A stretch of DNA of 64,000 bases from Schmidtea nova (lineage: Eukaryota), in assembly GCA_044892505.1 (NCBI GenBank), contig CM097882.1, positions 487,754,001 through 487,818,000 of the forward strand, given 5' to 3'. The position numbers and the translations under genes were made by a program. Under the pieces are notes generated by a model. It saw only the letters and a list, made by a program, of their open reading frames with translations, was not told the origin of the DNA and ran no database searches. This document shows, in pieces, positions 32,463 to 44,651 of this stretch (position 1 is its first letter; the number at the start of each line of letters is the position of its first letter).

Positions 32463-35289
32463 GTGAGTACGCCTGTTTATATTTTTTAATTACTTAATAA
32501 GAATTTTTGTTATATTGTTGTGTTATTCTTGTCTTTACTCAGCATACACTATATACACACGCACGCCCGCCCGCACGCACACAAAAGTATATAAGCATAC
32601 ACCCCGAGTGTCCCAACATAAATCAGTGACTCTCTGGGGCACTTCAATATCTTTTTGTACACGTATTCGCACACTACATAAACATTAAAATAAATATAAA
32701 AAACATATTATCCGTACATAATAGTTATGTTCGGTCCCTTTCTTTCAGAAAAAGGCTTTATTTCTCTGATGTCAAAAATCTTTTTTTACCCGAGAAATAA
32801 TAAAATTAATTATATGCACTAAAAAAATTGATTACGCACAAACTTGGATTAATATTAACTAGTAATAAGAAATCAGTATATCAATAGACATGACAGTAGG
32901 ATAAGATAATTATGATATGATATGAATTCCGAAAATTCACCTAATTTATACTTTCCGCAAATGCATGGAGAATGTTAACAGAATCTTTCACTTCTAATTA
33001 CTCTTTTGATAATAATGTTGAGTTTGGTAATGATGTTTTCCTATAAGACTATTGTGGCTCTTATTAAATACCATTTGGCATCGAAGACGGTGTTCGTGTC
33101 TATTTTGTCAAAAAAATCAATGATTATTAATATGGAGTCGCAAGATTCTTCATGATGCTAATAATAATTTTTATGTTCAGAAGTATTAAAATCTCTGTGA
33201 AATACGGTAAAACCTTAAATTTTTCTATTCTACCAAAAGGAATCTACATATCAATTAAAGGATCTAATAGCTACTAACAATCTACATATGAACAAAAAAA
33301 ACAATCTACCTATGAACAATATCAGATCTAGGATGTGAAGCGTGGTTCATGATATCACCGATCATTGTTACACTATGGTCATATCGCTTCGCTGAATATT
33401 AAGCTTGAATTTCCTTTGTTATATTTTATAGAATTATTTGTTGTTTAGATTTACAGATCAATCTAGAGCTTCCCATCACGGTTTTAATTGTATCTGTGTA
33501 CCTAGGATCTTATCTTGTAATTCGAACAGGAATTTATTGTTTTTATCTTTTGTATGAAAATGAAACTGGTATTTTATTGTTGTTTGTTAGAGTGATTTTT
33601 ATGAAATTTTAATGAAACTGTTAAACTACTGATATTTTATTTCGGTTAGTTTTGTAACTCATTCTGTATATATATCAACGTCCGCATAGACTCGCACATA
33701 CAAATTTATTTAATGTTCGTTATTTAATGTTCGAGATCACCATTAACTTAAAGATAACTCCCTGAATTAGTCTACACGAGTATGTCCTCCTTCACTATTA
33801 TGTATCATTAGTTAAAGTTGAATTGGAGTGGACTGGAAACATTTAACAAAATCTTTTAACGATGCTATTTTGACAATGTAATCGTGCATAAAATCTTTAT
33901 TCATTTTTCTAATAAAAGAACGAACCTTTTAAATGTTATAATATGATGAATATGTTATATTATGAATATTGCTTTAGTAAATTAGAGTTTTGATAGTTTG
34001 TATTCATCTATTAATTTTGATGGCTCGAAATTTGGATGCTTTTCAAACTGTTCAGTTTTTCCTTGTCATTAGAATTTTTTAATTTAATGTAAAATACGCT
34101 CCTTCGTTCTCAGAGTCATAAAGCTCTTTTCTTGCTATGTATATAGTAAAATTATTTCTAATATTTAAGGAAGATTTACTTTAAACAACAAAAAACTAAT
34201 AATTCTTTTAAAGCAAATTTTTATTATAACAATCTTGTGGATGAACCTGCGGCCATTCTCTTACATATACTTAAGTATGAGGTTGGACCTCGATATCACG
34301 TAGACACAAGGGGTTGGGCAGTTTGAGAGAATCCACTCTAAACTCATGAACCCACACTGACGTACCTACATTGAAACAAGCTGGAGATGCTCACAGCGAG
34401 TTAGCGACTCGGAAGGTCAAGAAACTGAACAATAAAAAGAAAAAAAATTTCATTTTATATGTATGCAATGATTTTGCTCTTTGTCTGAGAATACTTCGAT
34501 CTTGAAGAATCTTTATTGAATACCGTTCGAACAAATGAACTAATAAACAATAAGTAATCGGGACATGAGCCTGTACCGAATAAAATAATCAGGACGAGCT
34601 AAACATAAAACTGACATAACTCGTATGAACAGAATGATGCCCTCTCTCCAAAAATTTGACCAGCGATGCCCCTTTGAATATTTTCTTCACAACTGATGAG
34701 AGGTGTTAATCTTCTGTTAACAGTATCTTCAAAATTTTCAAAACGAATTTTTTATATTAAATACTAGTGCATGGATTCCCAAAATGCGGCCTGCGGGCCA
34801 AATGTGGCTCACTAACCTCCCATGTAAGATCAAAGATCTTAATTTTAAAAAATATTTTGTATTTTTATTAAAAGAAAAGTTCAGTTCAAGTGAATTCAGG
34901 CCAAGTGCAAACTTATTTATGCTTGTGACTTCAAAGATTCATATAAAAACAAATTTCAAGCAATAGAAAATATAACTCATTAACTTTAGTATTTAATAGT
35001 TTATGTGATTATAATATACATGTATTATAATATGTGTGTTGGATGATGAAGGAAAGACCATCACTACACTCCTGTTGTCGAAATATTAACCCAACAATCA
35101 TCTCCACAAATCTCACTAAATATATCAATTAACCCAACAATCGATTCAATATCATATTTCTTAAATCTCACCAACTATACATAATCAGTTAATCATTTGG
35201 ACAATCATGTGATAAACCAACCTAATATTGTGACTATTATCAACTAAATCTGTATTGTTATTTTTATTTTATTTCTTAGAGTATTTCTG

Positions 35290-35753
35290 CGTAATCAATG
35301 ACGTGGTTTAAGATGAAATAAAATATGAACACTATTTATGGCAATTAAAACTGCAAATAATATGAAAGAGTTACAAAATGATCAGTAAAAGAATGATAAA
35401 TTGAATCAGCTACGTAAACATACAGTCACAATCAAAAAGGAGAGTTGCGGGAAGCACACTGACGAAGCAAAACTTAAATATATTATCATGGTTTGCTAAA
35501 ATGTGTAAAAAATGAAAATTTATTAATTATCGTTCTAACAAAACATTGAAAATCACTATTGTTATTATATTATGACGGAGCATTAGGATGGCATTCATCA
35601 GCTTGAAAAACACTGTCAGATTAAAACAAAAATGTTATTGGGATAGCATGGAACAGGATGTCAGACAATGATGTCATACTTGCGAAATATGCTTAACTAG
35701 ATGAAACACAGGATGAAAGATTAGAGTTCCTTTAAAACCAATATCTGTACCAG
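35290..35753 (+). pseudogene. Decayed pol fragment (RNase H/IN junction) related to element 1, in the opposite orientation
   Basis: Aligns by eye with the element 1 segment encoding YENTIFMAIKT...GLLKCVKNENLLIIV...CHTCEIC...VPLKP; many stops and indels. Confidence 0.85.
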
Positions 35754-36282
35754 TCGCAGAATTGTACTTTATTTATTAACTTTTGATAATTCAAAATTAA
35801 TCCATATATAATATCTACCAGGCCAAAATTTTGTAACATTGGTGATTCCAAAGATTTGTCAAAAAAAATAATCCCGTTAGTTGAAATGCGGTTTTCCACC
35901 AATTCTTTATCGTTATTTATAAGGCATCATTATTGTTATCAGGTTACTTACTGTAATTTCAAAAAAAATTGTGTTTAAAATATTTTGGTTTTTTATAAAA
36001 TATTGTAATAAAATTTATTATTCAAAAGTTCCTATTAAACACATTTTGAATCTTCATTTCTAATTGGATGAGTACTACTGAATGATATAATTGCTGTTTA
36101 TTTATAAATTCAATTACATAGCCGTAAGATTCGATGGATAAATTTATTATTTGAAAAAGATCAGCAAATGAAGAAGAAGCAGTTATCAAAAATACAAAAC
36201 CTGATGCGGTTTATTCCAAAAACTCAACAGTGGTAGTTGAAACAGCTTCAAAAAGTAATTTAAATTTGACAAACGACAGACA

Positions 36283-36600
36283 ATGTTGCAAAAAACTAAA
36301 GTAGCTTTCCGGAAGAATAATATCACATATTTAAATATGGGATTTTCATTGGTCATTAATGATACATCTCCAATTCCAATTTGTATTGTGTGTGATGAAA
36401 AACTATCAAATGATTCAATGGTACCAAACAAACTTGAACGATATTTTAAATCAAAACACCCAAATTTATCTACTAAAAAAGCAGATTATTTCCAAAGACT
36501 TAAATTCAAAAAAATTGCAACATACATTTTCGAAATTGGTAAAATAAGCTAGCTATCATATTGCTGAGCTCATTGCAAAGAAAAGAAAGTCACACCTAAT
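36283..36600 (+). pseudogene. Second hAT/Buster transposase N-terminal (BED) fragment
   Basis: YLNMGF...PICIVCDEKLSNDSMVPNKLERYFKSKHP...KADYF. Confidence 0.85.
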
Positions 36601-38028
36601 AGCGCACCTAATGACACATCGACGACAAATTTCAAATTTGAATAAAAACTTCTTTTTTTTTAATTTAAAGTACCGAGGTAAAATTTGGTATCATTCGAAA
36701 GGCCTTCGCGAGCTGCACACGATGGTATTATTTTTGACGGTGTGTGATCGAAAAATAAGATTTTGAAAAATAAATAAAAAATTCAATTTTTTTCAATAAA
36801 ATTAGATATAATTGAAGTTTTTTTTATGGTCATAACAAACAAGGCTCAAAATATTTAAAACTATGTATATCAAAGTTAATAGCTTTGACTGTGTGTAAAT
36901 ATAATTACATACCCTTTTTAAACAAAGACATTGCAATGAAACTTAGTAATAATAAATAGAAAGACTAAATAATGAAATTTATTTACAAATAACGTTGGGT
37001 ACTTGTACAAAATTTAGAATCACAATTATTCATATGAAAATTATTCGTAAGAATATTATTATTCATAAGATTATTATTCTTAGTAATATTCAACATTTTC
37101 GAAGTGTATATTAGCAAGATCACGATTAGTATGAATAAACTGATATAATGTAATACTAATGCCGTATTTTCTTTTTCAATTGGAACAGTTTGATTTTGAC
37201 ATCTGACTTGTTCATACTGTTTTTTAATAAATGTTGGATTCGTACATTTGACTCTTTCATATATTTCGGTAATCATTTTTCGATTTCATTCATTATCAAA
37301 TCATGATTTGAAGGACACTTATCACATTGTAATCGTATTTGGTTGCAATCAATGTTTAAGTGAACACATATTTCATTGTAACTCCCACAAGTGCTATCTT
37401 CTCTTCTAAACGGATGGGTTGATTGGCAAGCTGTCAAAGCTTGTTGATTCAGTAGTATGCACACATAATAATAATAATATGATGATTAGTTTAATTTTAA
37501 ACAAATACTAAAAACTAAAATTGATAACACTAAAATTTATTAAATTACATTTATAACATTTATAAAAATCATTTATGCATATCGTGCATTATCAATTCTC
37601 CAAATTGGAATAATGAATTCCTTTTTATCGATCTTATATCCTTGAATAATTATCGTAATGGACCAGTGTTCTTGATCCTTGTAATAGATAAATTGAAAAG
37701 CATCATTGAAACGAGTTTTCTGTTGTTTATGTAAATAGTTTCTTTACAACTTAAACCGATATTGATTTTGAAAAAAAACTTTATTTAATGTAGTTACATC
37801 TTCTTTGTCAATAATTGCAACTAAACCACCATACAGTAACTTTATTAATTTCACTGGAAAAGGTAAACGAATCGGTATTTTTTCTACCAAAAAATAAATT
37901 CTGTAATCGTAAAACATCTGGACTGATTTTACTTCATTCTTGAATATTCTTTCTTCACTGATATCATAATTTTGTTTACGTGATTGCATTTTATAAATTG
38001 TGACAATATCTTAAAAATGTCTTTGTAT

Positions 38029-38520
38029 TTATAGTGATGACTGTGTGTCTTTGTCTATGCCGAGCCTTTCCGCATAAGCTCCTAAGCGGTTTCTCTTTTT
38101 CGTTCTCGTAGTTAAGACCTGGGCTGGCTGCATTGTTGGTACCTCCTTTTCTTTCGGGGTTGTAAAATCCTCTTCCGTTTGCGTTTCTATGTTCGGGCAG
38201 GTTGGGGTCGCCCATCGATCGAACGTGCTTGCTCGAATCAACGGCTTCAACTGCCTTTCGATAAAATCTCGAGTCGAAGTTCTTAAACAGTTATTCAGCT
38301 CTAGCCAAACGGCGGCTGCCTCTCGAGCCTGTTCCTCCAGCGCTCTTTCGGCTCGATATCTCTGCTGTAGAATCTCCTTAACTCTTTCGGGACTAAACCA
38401 AATCCTCTTTGTATGCTCTATCTCGGTGGTTTGTAGGTGTAAACGATGCTCCAACATGCGAATTTGCCTTCGTAATTGGTTTTTCTCATCCGTGTTTACA
38501 CATTTCATAGCTCGGTCCAT
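38029..38520 (-). CDS. ORF-B homologue (163 aa, unknown)
   Basis: WFSPERVKE vs WFAPARMKE, and a 31-aa ungapped block 14/31 identical (hand count) to 42136-42732. Confidence 0.6.
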   Translation of the reverse strand: MDRAMKCVNTDEKNQLRRQIRMLEHRLHLQTTEIEHTKRIWFSPERVKEILQQRYRAERALEEQAREAAAVWLELNNCLRTSTRDFIERQLKPLIRASTFDRWATPTCPNIETQTEEDFTTPKEKEVPTMQPAQVLTTRTKKRNRLGAYAERLGIDKDTQSSL

Positions 38521-38741
38521 CTATAAATGAAAGGTATTATGCGGATCGAAATTCATCTTGCAACACACATCATATCCACCCCTCGTTACTTCATCGTACC
38601 GCCTTCCACTCTTGGTTCTACAGCAACTTTCAACAGTCAAATAAACCAATTCAGTCATTAACACAAGATTTTATTTTTTTTAAAATCAACTACACGGTAA
38701 TCACAGGTATTCAAAGGCTGCCTAGATTGACCTACTCGTGA

Positions 38742-39295
38742 TTAATTTCGCTTTCTTTTCTCCGGATACCATCGGTCCAGAAATACTAGGGGTTCGGCTG
38801 CCAACATATCCGGTCGTTGTACAGAAATATCTCCCAAGTGCCTATCCGAGGGCCAAGTGTCTTGATCCATGTCGACGTTTCCTGGAGAGTTCTGGTAGGG
38901 CTGCAACTCTCCCGGGACGATATTCCTTAGCTGATCCAAGAGTACTAATCCCATCTTTCTCAACAGGTTGCTGACATGGAGATGAAGGATAAGATCCATC
39001 GTGGTGTTCCTTGCGAGTCTTCAAATTGGACAAACCATTTGCGCTTGGAGATCGGCTTGCGTTCCTCGGCGATTGGCCAACATAGGTCGCCTTCCCATCT
39101 TATTTTTGTACGATATCCTTCCATGAGGGGGATTACTGTTGGACTCACATGCGTCCGTCTCCACCACCTCAGACACCGTTCGGCTTTAAATTTAATTGTT
39201 TTTGGCACTGGTGTGAGTACCCGGGATTCTTCGATACTTGTCTTTAGCTTCATATGGCCAGGATTTCCTTTGGTTCTCATTGGTTCTTTAGGCAT
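38742..39295 (-). pseudogene. Distant ORF-A homologue, with a probable frameshift near 39000
   Basis: WRR-(17)-I-x3-G-x3-WPI aligns without gaps to ORF-A. LLRKMGLVL in the next frame matches ELFKLGLNL. Confidence 0.45.
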
Positions 39296-41481
39296 ATTTA
39301 TTCTACAATGATGTAAACGATTTAATTTATTTCCGTCCCCATATTCTCAGCATACACAACACACCTCAGCATTCACACGTTCCCATTCATTCCTTTCTCC
39401 TTCCTCTTACTCCTTAACCTCTCCCTCCTCGACCATCACTGTGGTTCGCCATTATCAGGATTAACGTATATCTGTGTAGATCATTGTGTCGACTTTATCT
39501 AGTGTATGTGCTGCCTACACTGTTTTGGTCTAGCTGAATGACTTTTTTATATACGAGTTATATTGACATTGAGCGTGTTTGTGCAATGATATTTATTTGT
39601 TCATTGACTTGTCTACTGAATTTTTGGCTAATAACGATGTTTCATTTTCAAGTTCTCGGGATCTCCTAAGTCCCTTCAAAAAAACCTCTCTACGTTGAGT
39701 GCTTGCCTCAACCGGATCTCTCATTAGTTCCGTTATGTTGGATTGCCGTCAATGTCATTGTTTATAATTTAATCTGCCTCGCATATTGCCACTGTCTTAT
39801 GGTATCTCTGCATGCATCCTGTACCTGACATGATTCTGTATCGAAGATGTGTACTCCTACTTCATGGCGTTGGTAGAATGACGTGTGTGTTTTTTTCTGT
39901 CTGCATCTATAATCGACGTTCTCCAACCATTCCTTCCGCTTTTACTCGTGTTGGGCCCGCCAAATAGGCTAAAAACGACCAAATTAATATAACAATTTAA
40001 AATAATAATAAAATAATAAAACACAAAAATATCAATAAAGAAAAATTAAAAATAGAAATAAAGTAGTAAATAATATTTAGTAAATTTCCAGCCAAAGGAA
40101 ATTTTTAAATAAAACGGAAACAAACAGTAAAGGGGGTCTGAAATGAGGAAATTAGAAATTAAATAAATTAATAGTGCAAGTAATTAATTAATTACTTGAA
40201 AACCCGGACCACCCAGCGAGAAACCGGAAAAGGAAATAAAATAATATTTAGATTAAAAAAAATAGTAAAAACACTTTGATGGACGGTCTGATCCTGATTG
40301 ATCCGAAAATCATAACTTAACTTTTTACACTTTGTCTTTAAATTTTGACGATACTTTACTCTTCGTGAAGTATTCTCTAAATATTAATCACAAGCTATCA
40401 TTTGAACTTGAAGATATCATCTGGAAAATCAAAGAGTAAATCTTGTTTATTGTAAATTTTTTGTTTGTTGATAATATGTATCCTGATTTTATCATTACAA
40501 TTTATTCGGATGAAAATTTTTCTCTTTATTATTTATAATCTTAATCATGCATATAGTCATGCTTCCTCGACTGCTCACGCGGCGAGGGAGCCCGAGTCGT
40601 CGTTGTGGGGCCTCACGGTCTCACATGGCGGTTCAACCTTTTTATAAATTAATAAAACGTTTCGTATTTTAAATTGATTTAATCGACAAGTTTATGTTCA
40701 ATAAATTATTATAATCTCGGTTGCACAGAGGACATGGCGCGAGGAACGATAAGAGAGACTTAGAGAGTTGCCTGAAAAGGGTGGGGCACCCCAGGGGTAT
40801 TATGTACTTGACACCCAAGGAAGTAGCGTGATAGATTGATTTTTTAGCCCAAGAGATCAAGTGGGGTGAGCGAAAAACGAAATGTTGTCGAGTAAAATCG
40901 ATCTGAACGATAAATTTCATCGAAGGCCAAAGTTCAAATTCGTGTACATTATCAACATTCACCAAGACGGAATAAAATTTAACTGAAAATTAGATGACAT
41001 GACTACATGATTTTCATTCATCATTAAAATTCATCGAGATGGAGAAAATTTTAGCTGAAAATTTAACGACATAACCACGCATGTAAAAATCAAAATTCCG
41101 ATCACGCTAGACTGCGACGGAAATCTAAATATAATTATAAATAAACTTATAGCGATCGCTGTATATAGCGCGGCAATCTAAATCATTATTACCCTGAACG
41201 CTGTACATAGCACAGGAAGAATTAAAAATATCTTACTCCGACCGTGGTACATCGCGGCGAAGACAAACTCGGTTTCGAACTCAAAATCAACTTGAATAAA
41301 TAATAATAGTAAACATGTTAATGAAATACAGAAATATTAGAATAGTTCACATTAATTTTGTTAGTGTCTAGATCACTGTATGAGTACGACGCATACCAGT
41401 CGTGGCATAACTAAAATTATAAACGAATACTTTTAATAAATTATATTCATATTCATTTGACAAATTTTCGAAACAGTACAG

Positions 41482-41960
41482 ATGTCGGCAACGAGCATAA
41501 ATCAGAGACTAACAGAACTCAGAAATTCGGTGGATCCACCCAGGGAGAGGAAAACGAAAGGCATACTCAAGGAGCTCCGCCTCAAATCCTGCGTACCATA
41601 AGCGCGCAAATGTATAAATGGCGCCAGGGATTCAATAGGAAGTGCCCTTTTTCCATTTAGGAAAATGGAGGAGATCACATAATGTACCGAGGGGGCCCAG
41701 GCTGGCCAATCTCCAATACAAGTTACTCGAGAAAATTCGGCCAACTACTAATCCGAATAAATGGCGTGAACAAAGGATCCGACCAACTAATCTACTGGGG
41801 ACACATTTTACGAAAGGAGTTACGCAAAGTAGAGCTGCAGGCATTTATTCCACGGAAATCCTTCGGAAAGGAGTGCGCAGATAAACAACCCCCGTTTTCG
41901 TGGGCCAGGCTTTGCAAAGCCCCGATTAATCAAGAGTTGCATATTTTATTTCGACGATAA
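41482..41960 (+). pseudogene. LTR ORF-A copy (frameshifts plus TAG at the SIW tryptophan)
   Basis: Reconstructed as MSATSINQ...AQMYKWRQGFNRKCPFSI*ENGGDHIMYRGGPGWPIS. Confidence 0.7.
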
Positions 41961-42135
41961 CAAGCGCTACCATTAAATATCAATAAATGTTTTTAGTAAA
42001 TTATGGCTTGTTATATTTTCTGTGTTGTGTTCCTTTTCAAGTTTTCATAAGACGGTTTTTGTTGTTTAAATAACATATTACTATAAGAACGATAATAAAT
42101 TTAAAAAAAAAATTTTTTTTTTCAGATTTGCAGAC

Positions 42136-42732
42136 ATGAATTTAGAAGCTGCTCAGAAAGAGATAGAAAAAATGTGGCGAATTCGAAGAGCCCAGGATAA
42201 AGGGTTGGGTTCCCTCCAGGAAAGCTTGACCAAAGCGGAAACGCAAATTTCCTACCTGCGCAAGAGTTGGTTCGCTCCCGCTCGAATGAAAGAGCAGATA
42301 GCGAAAACGGAGCGAGCGCAACGGACGGCCGATGATTACCGAATGGAGTGGGAAGCCACCAAGATTGAGCTCCACAAGTGCCTTCATTCTGTAACAGCCT
42401 CCTACATTGAACGAGAGTTGAAAGACCAAATACGTCCAAAAACCTATCAAGGGTGGGTTACTGAGAAGAAGATGGGAACGTCGATCGGTACAGACGTCGA
42501 GGGTCTTACAGTGGCAAACACAGGGACGCAACCAGCGAGCGGTGACAACAACCCCATAGTCAGTACGCACCAAAAGCGTAAGAGAATCGGACAGAAAAGG
42601 CGTCGACAACGAAAGCTCTTCGTCCAGAAATTACAAAACCAGATAGAAGCGCTACACAAATTATCCGAAGAGGAATTGTTAAATGAGGTGTTTCCTCCGG
42701 AAGGAATTTTCAGTGATTTAGTAGGGAAATAA
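42136..42732 (+). CDS. LTR ORF-B (198 aa; coiled-coil-like N-half, basic KRKRIGQKRRRQRK stretch)
   Basis: Intact ORF present in both LTRs, with a homologue at 38029-38520. Confidence 0.65.
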   Translation: MNLEAAQKEIEKMWRIRRAQDKGLGSLQESLTKAETQISYLRKSWFAPARMKEQIAKTERAQRTADDYRMEWEATKIELHKCLHSVTASYIERELKDQIRPKTYQGWVTEKKMGTSIGTDVEGLTVANTGTQPASGDNNPIVSTHQKRKRIGQKRRRQRKLFVQKLQNQIEALHKLSEEELLNEVFPPEGIFSDLVGK

Positions 42733-43173
42733 ATGAATTGTTACCCTGTGTTGTCATTTTTGCTATTTCTTGTGCATGTTGACTTAATTTAAAAATTAAA
42801 GGAAATAAATAATTATAAGAGACATGTAACCATAAACTTCTCGAGATTTTTACGTAAAGTAGAGTAATAAACTAATTGCCGTAAATATAAACTCTCCAAA
42901 GTTCATGCAGATTCGTTAGTTTACAACAAAGCGTATGTCCTTCTAACGACAGCGATGAACCCGTAAACATAAATGGGGAGTAGTACTAGCAATAGTGCTC
43001 ACCTGCCCATCATTGTTTAATCACCCTGCGCATCACCAACTTGATTACCCAGGGAAATAATCAAGGACGCTGGAGTGTAAAGTTGTACATTTTGTGCATG
43101 ATCATGGATGAGGGATCCCTAGTCATTGTTAGAATATTTTTCATCTAACCCCTCCATGAACCCAACATAAATT

Positions 43174-43191
43174 TGGGGGCTCAGTCGGGAT
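43174..43191 (+). promoter_or_regulatory. Primer-binding site, tRNA-Pro-like
   Basis: TGGGGGCTCAGTCGGGAT, 15/18 match to the MLV tRNA-Pro PBS TGGGGGCTCGTCCGGGAT; 6 nt after the LTR. Confidence 0.7.
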
Positions 43192-43508
43192 CAACATAGC
43201 TGTTATCGGAAAATGTGAATGTAAAATCTGCAGAGAAGTTTAAAGTGCTCCTGTCGTGTGAATAAACCCATTAACAACAGAGAGTTTATAATTAAATCTA
43301 AATTCTGTACAAAAATAAATAACAAACACGACAGTAAATAAAAGTGAAGTTATAAAAATTAAATGTATGCATAAATAATATGTCGGGACGACAATTTACG
43401 GAAACCCGGGGAGAGTTTATAAATATTAAAAGATACAAAACGAAACCTATTAACAACTTTAAAAATGATGAAAATGACAAACAATTAAAATAATTATTTA
43501 TTCAGTAA

Positions 43509-43970
43509 ATGGAGGAAAAACTGAAAGAAATTGAGGAGTTTCTCAACACAGAAAGCGAAACATTAGGAATGATTGGCAAGAAAATAAACCGATTTAGAGA
43601 AGTTGAATTTCAGGAACCCACAACACAGACCTAGGAAACGGACGAATTAATAAAGATAATGGAAAGAACAAGTAAAATAGACATAAATACCCGTTACACA
43701 TGGTACAGAGCGCGATTAGAGAATGCGGAACTGAACATTAGGTGCAGACAAATAGAACAACAATTAACCCCAACATATAATCGATGGAGGGCGCAAGGGG
43801 TAGAAGCAGCGAAAAAATACCGACAGTGCTATATATGCAAGGACAGTGAAATACAAATTATGTTTTTACCTTGCGAACATTTTCGTTTTTGTAAGATCTG
43901 TGCCAGTAAGTGCGACTTATGTCCTATGTGCAACCTTGTGATAAATGATAAAATTGTTGTATATTTATAA
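43509..43970 (+). CDS. Protein with C-terminal IAP/XIAP-type RING (153 codons, one TAG at 43632-43634; 103 aa from ATG 43659)
   Basis: CYICKDSEIQIMFLPCEHFRFCKICASKCDLCPMC...KIVVYL-stop; the RING sits at the extreme C-terminus as in IAPs. Confidence 0.82.
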
Positions 43971-44451
43971 TAAATAAAGTCTAAATGGAGTTTATTGGTT
44001 TGGTAATGATGAAATCATGGGTACAATTATTATATCTAAATAATTTTTGAGCTACTGCAAAGTAGTCCGATAAGAACCCATTGGGAGGTACCGATTGATC
44101 AACCTATTGAGGGTGTATAGAAAGGGGCCCATCGCAAAAGTTCGAAAGTTTTTGTGATGTGATTGATCACCACATCCCGCAATAATGGACCAACGCGATC
44201 TTTTTGTATATTTTGGTTGGGGAGAGAGATAGGGAAATCTTGATGGAGTAAGGCGCGCATAGAGAAAAATAAATAAAAATGTGAAGCAGACTGATCAGTA
44301 ATTAGTTACGATAAAATAGAGAGACGAATGACGTTATAAAATAATAGAAGGTGCATAATCAGCTCGCATAGAAATAGTTATAACTCAGCTGAGAAAGTTA
44401 AGTCGCTAGCGAAGTTAGGAATTATGATTAACCGGTTAAGGAAAGTTATAA

Positions 44452-44651
44452 GAGTTGTCCCTTGAAACAAAGGGTTATTAGAGTTGTCCCTTGAAACAAA
44501 GGGTTATTAGAGTTGTCCCTTGAAACAAAGGGTTATTAGAGTTGTCCCTTGAAACAAAGGGTTATTATAGTTGTCCCTTGAAACAAAGGGTTATTAGAGT
44601 TGTCCCTTGAAACAAAGGGTTATTAGCGTTTGTCCCTTGAAACAAAGGGTT
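44452..44651. repeat. Seven-copy 29-bp tandem array in the element 2 leader
   Basis: Unit GAGTTGTCCCTTGAAACAAAGGGTTATTA, period 29, no spacers. Confidence 0.95.

Larger units (their letters stand above)
39949..43167 (+). repeat. 5' LTR of element 2 (3.2 kb)
   Basis: TGTTGGGCCC...CCCAACA, followed by the PBS. Confidence 0.9.

Noticed and set aside
34766-34810. GCGGCCTGCGGGCCA motif resembling a hAT/Buster subterminus
   Set aside because: No clear TIR pair or TSD; cannot be tied to the 36283 fragment.
40465-40965. 60- and 98-aa ORFs in the element 2 LTR (repeated at 53943-54443)
   Set aside because: Not evidently preserved in the diverged solo LTR, unlike ORF-A.
44452-44651. CRISPR-like look of the 29-bp hairpin repeat (contains GTT...GAAAC)
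   Set aside because: The units are head-to-tail with no spacers, there are no cas genes, and the context is a eukaryotic retroelement.
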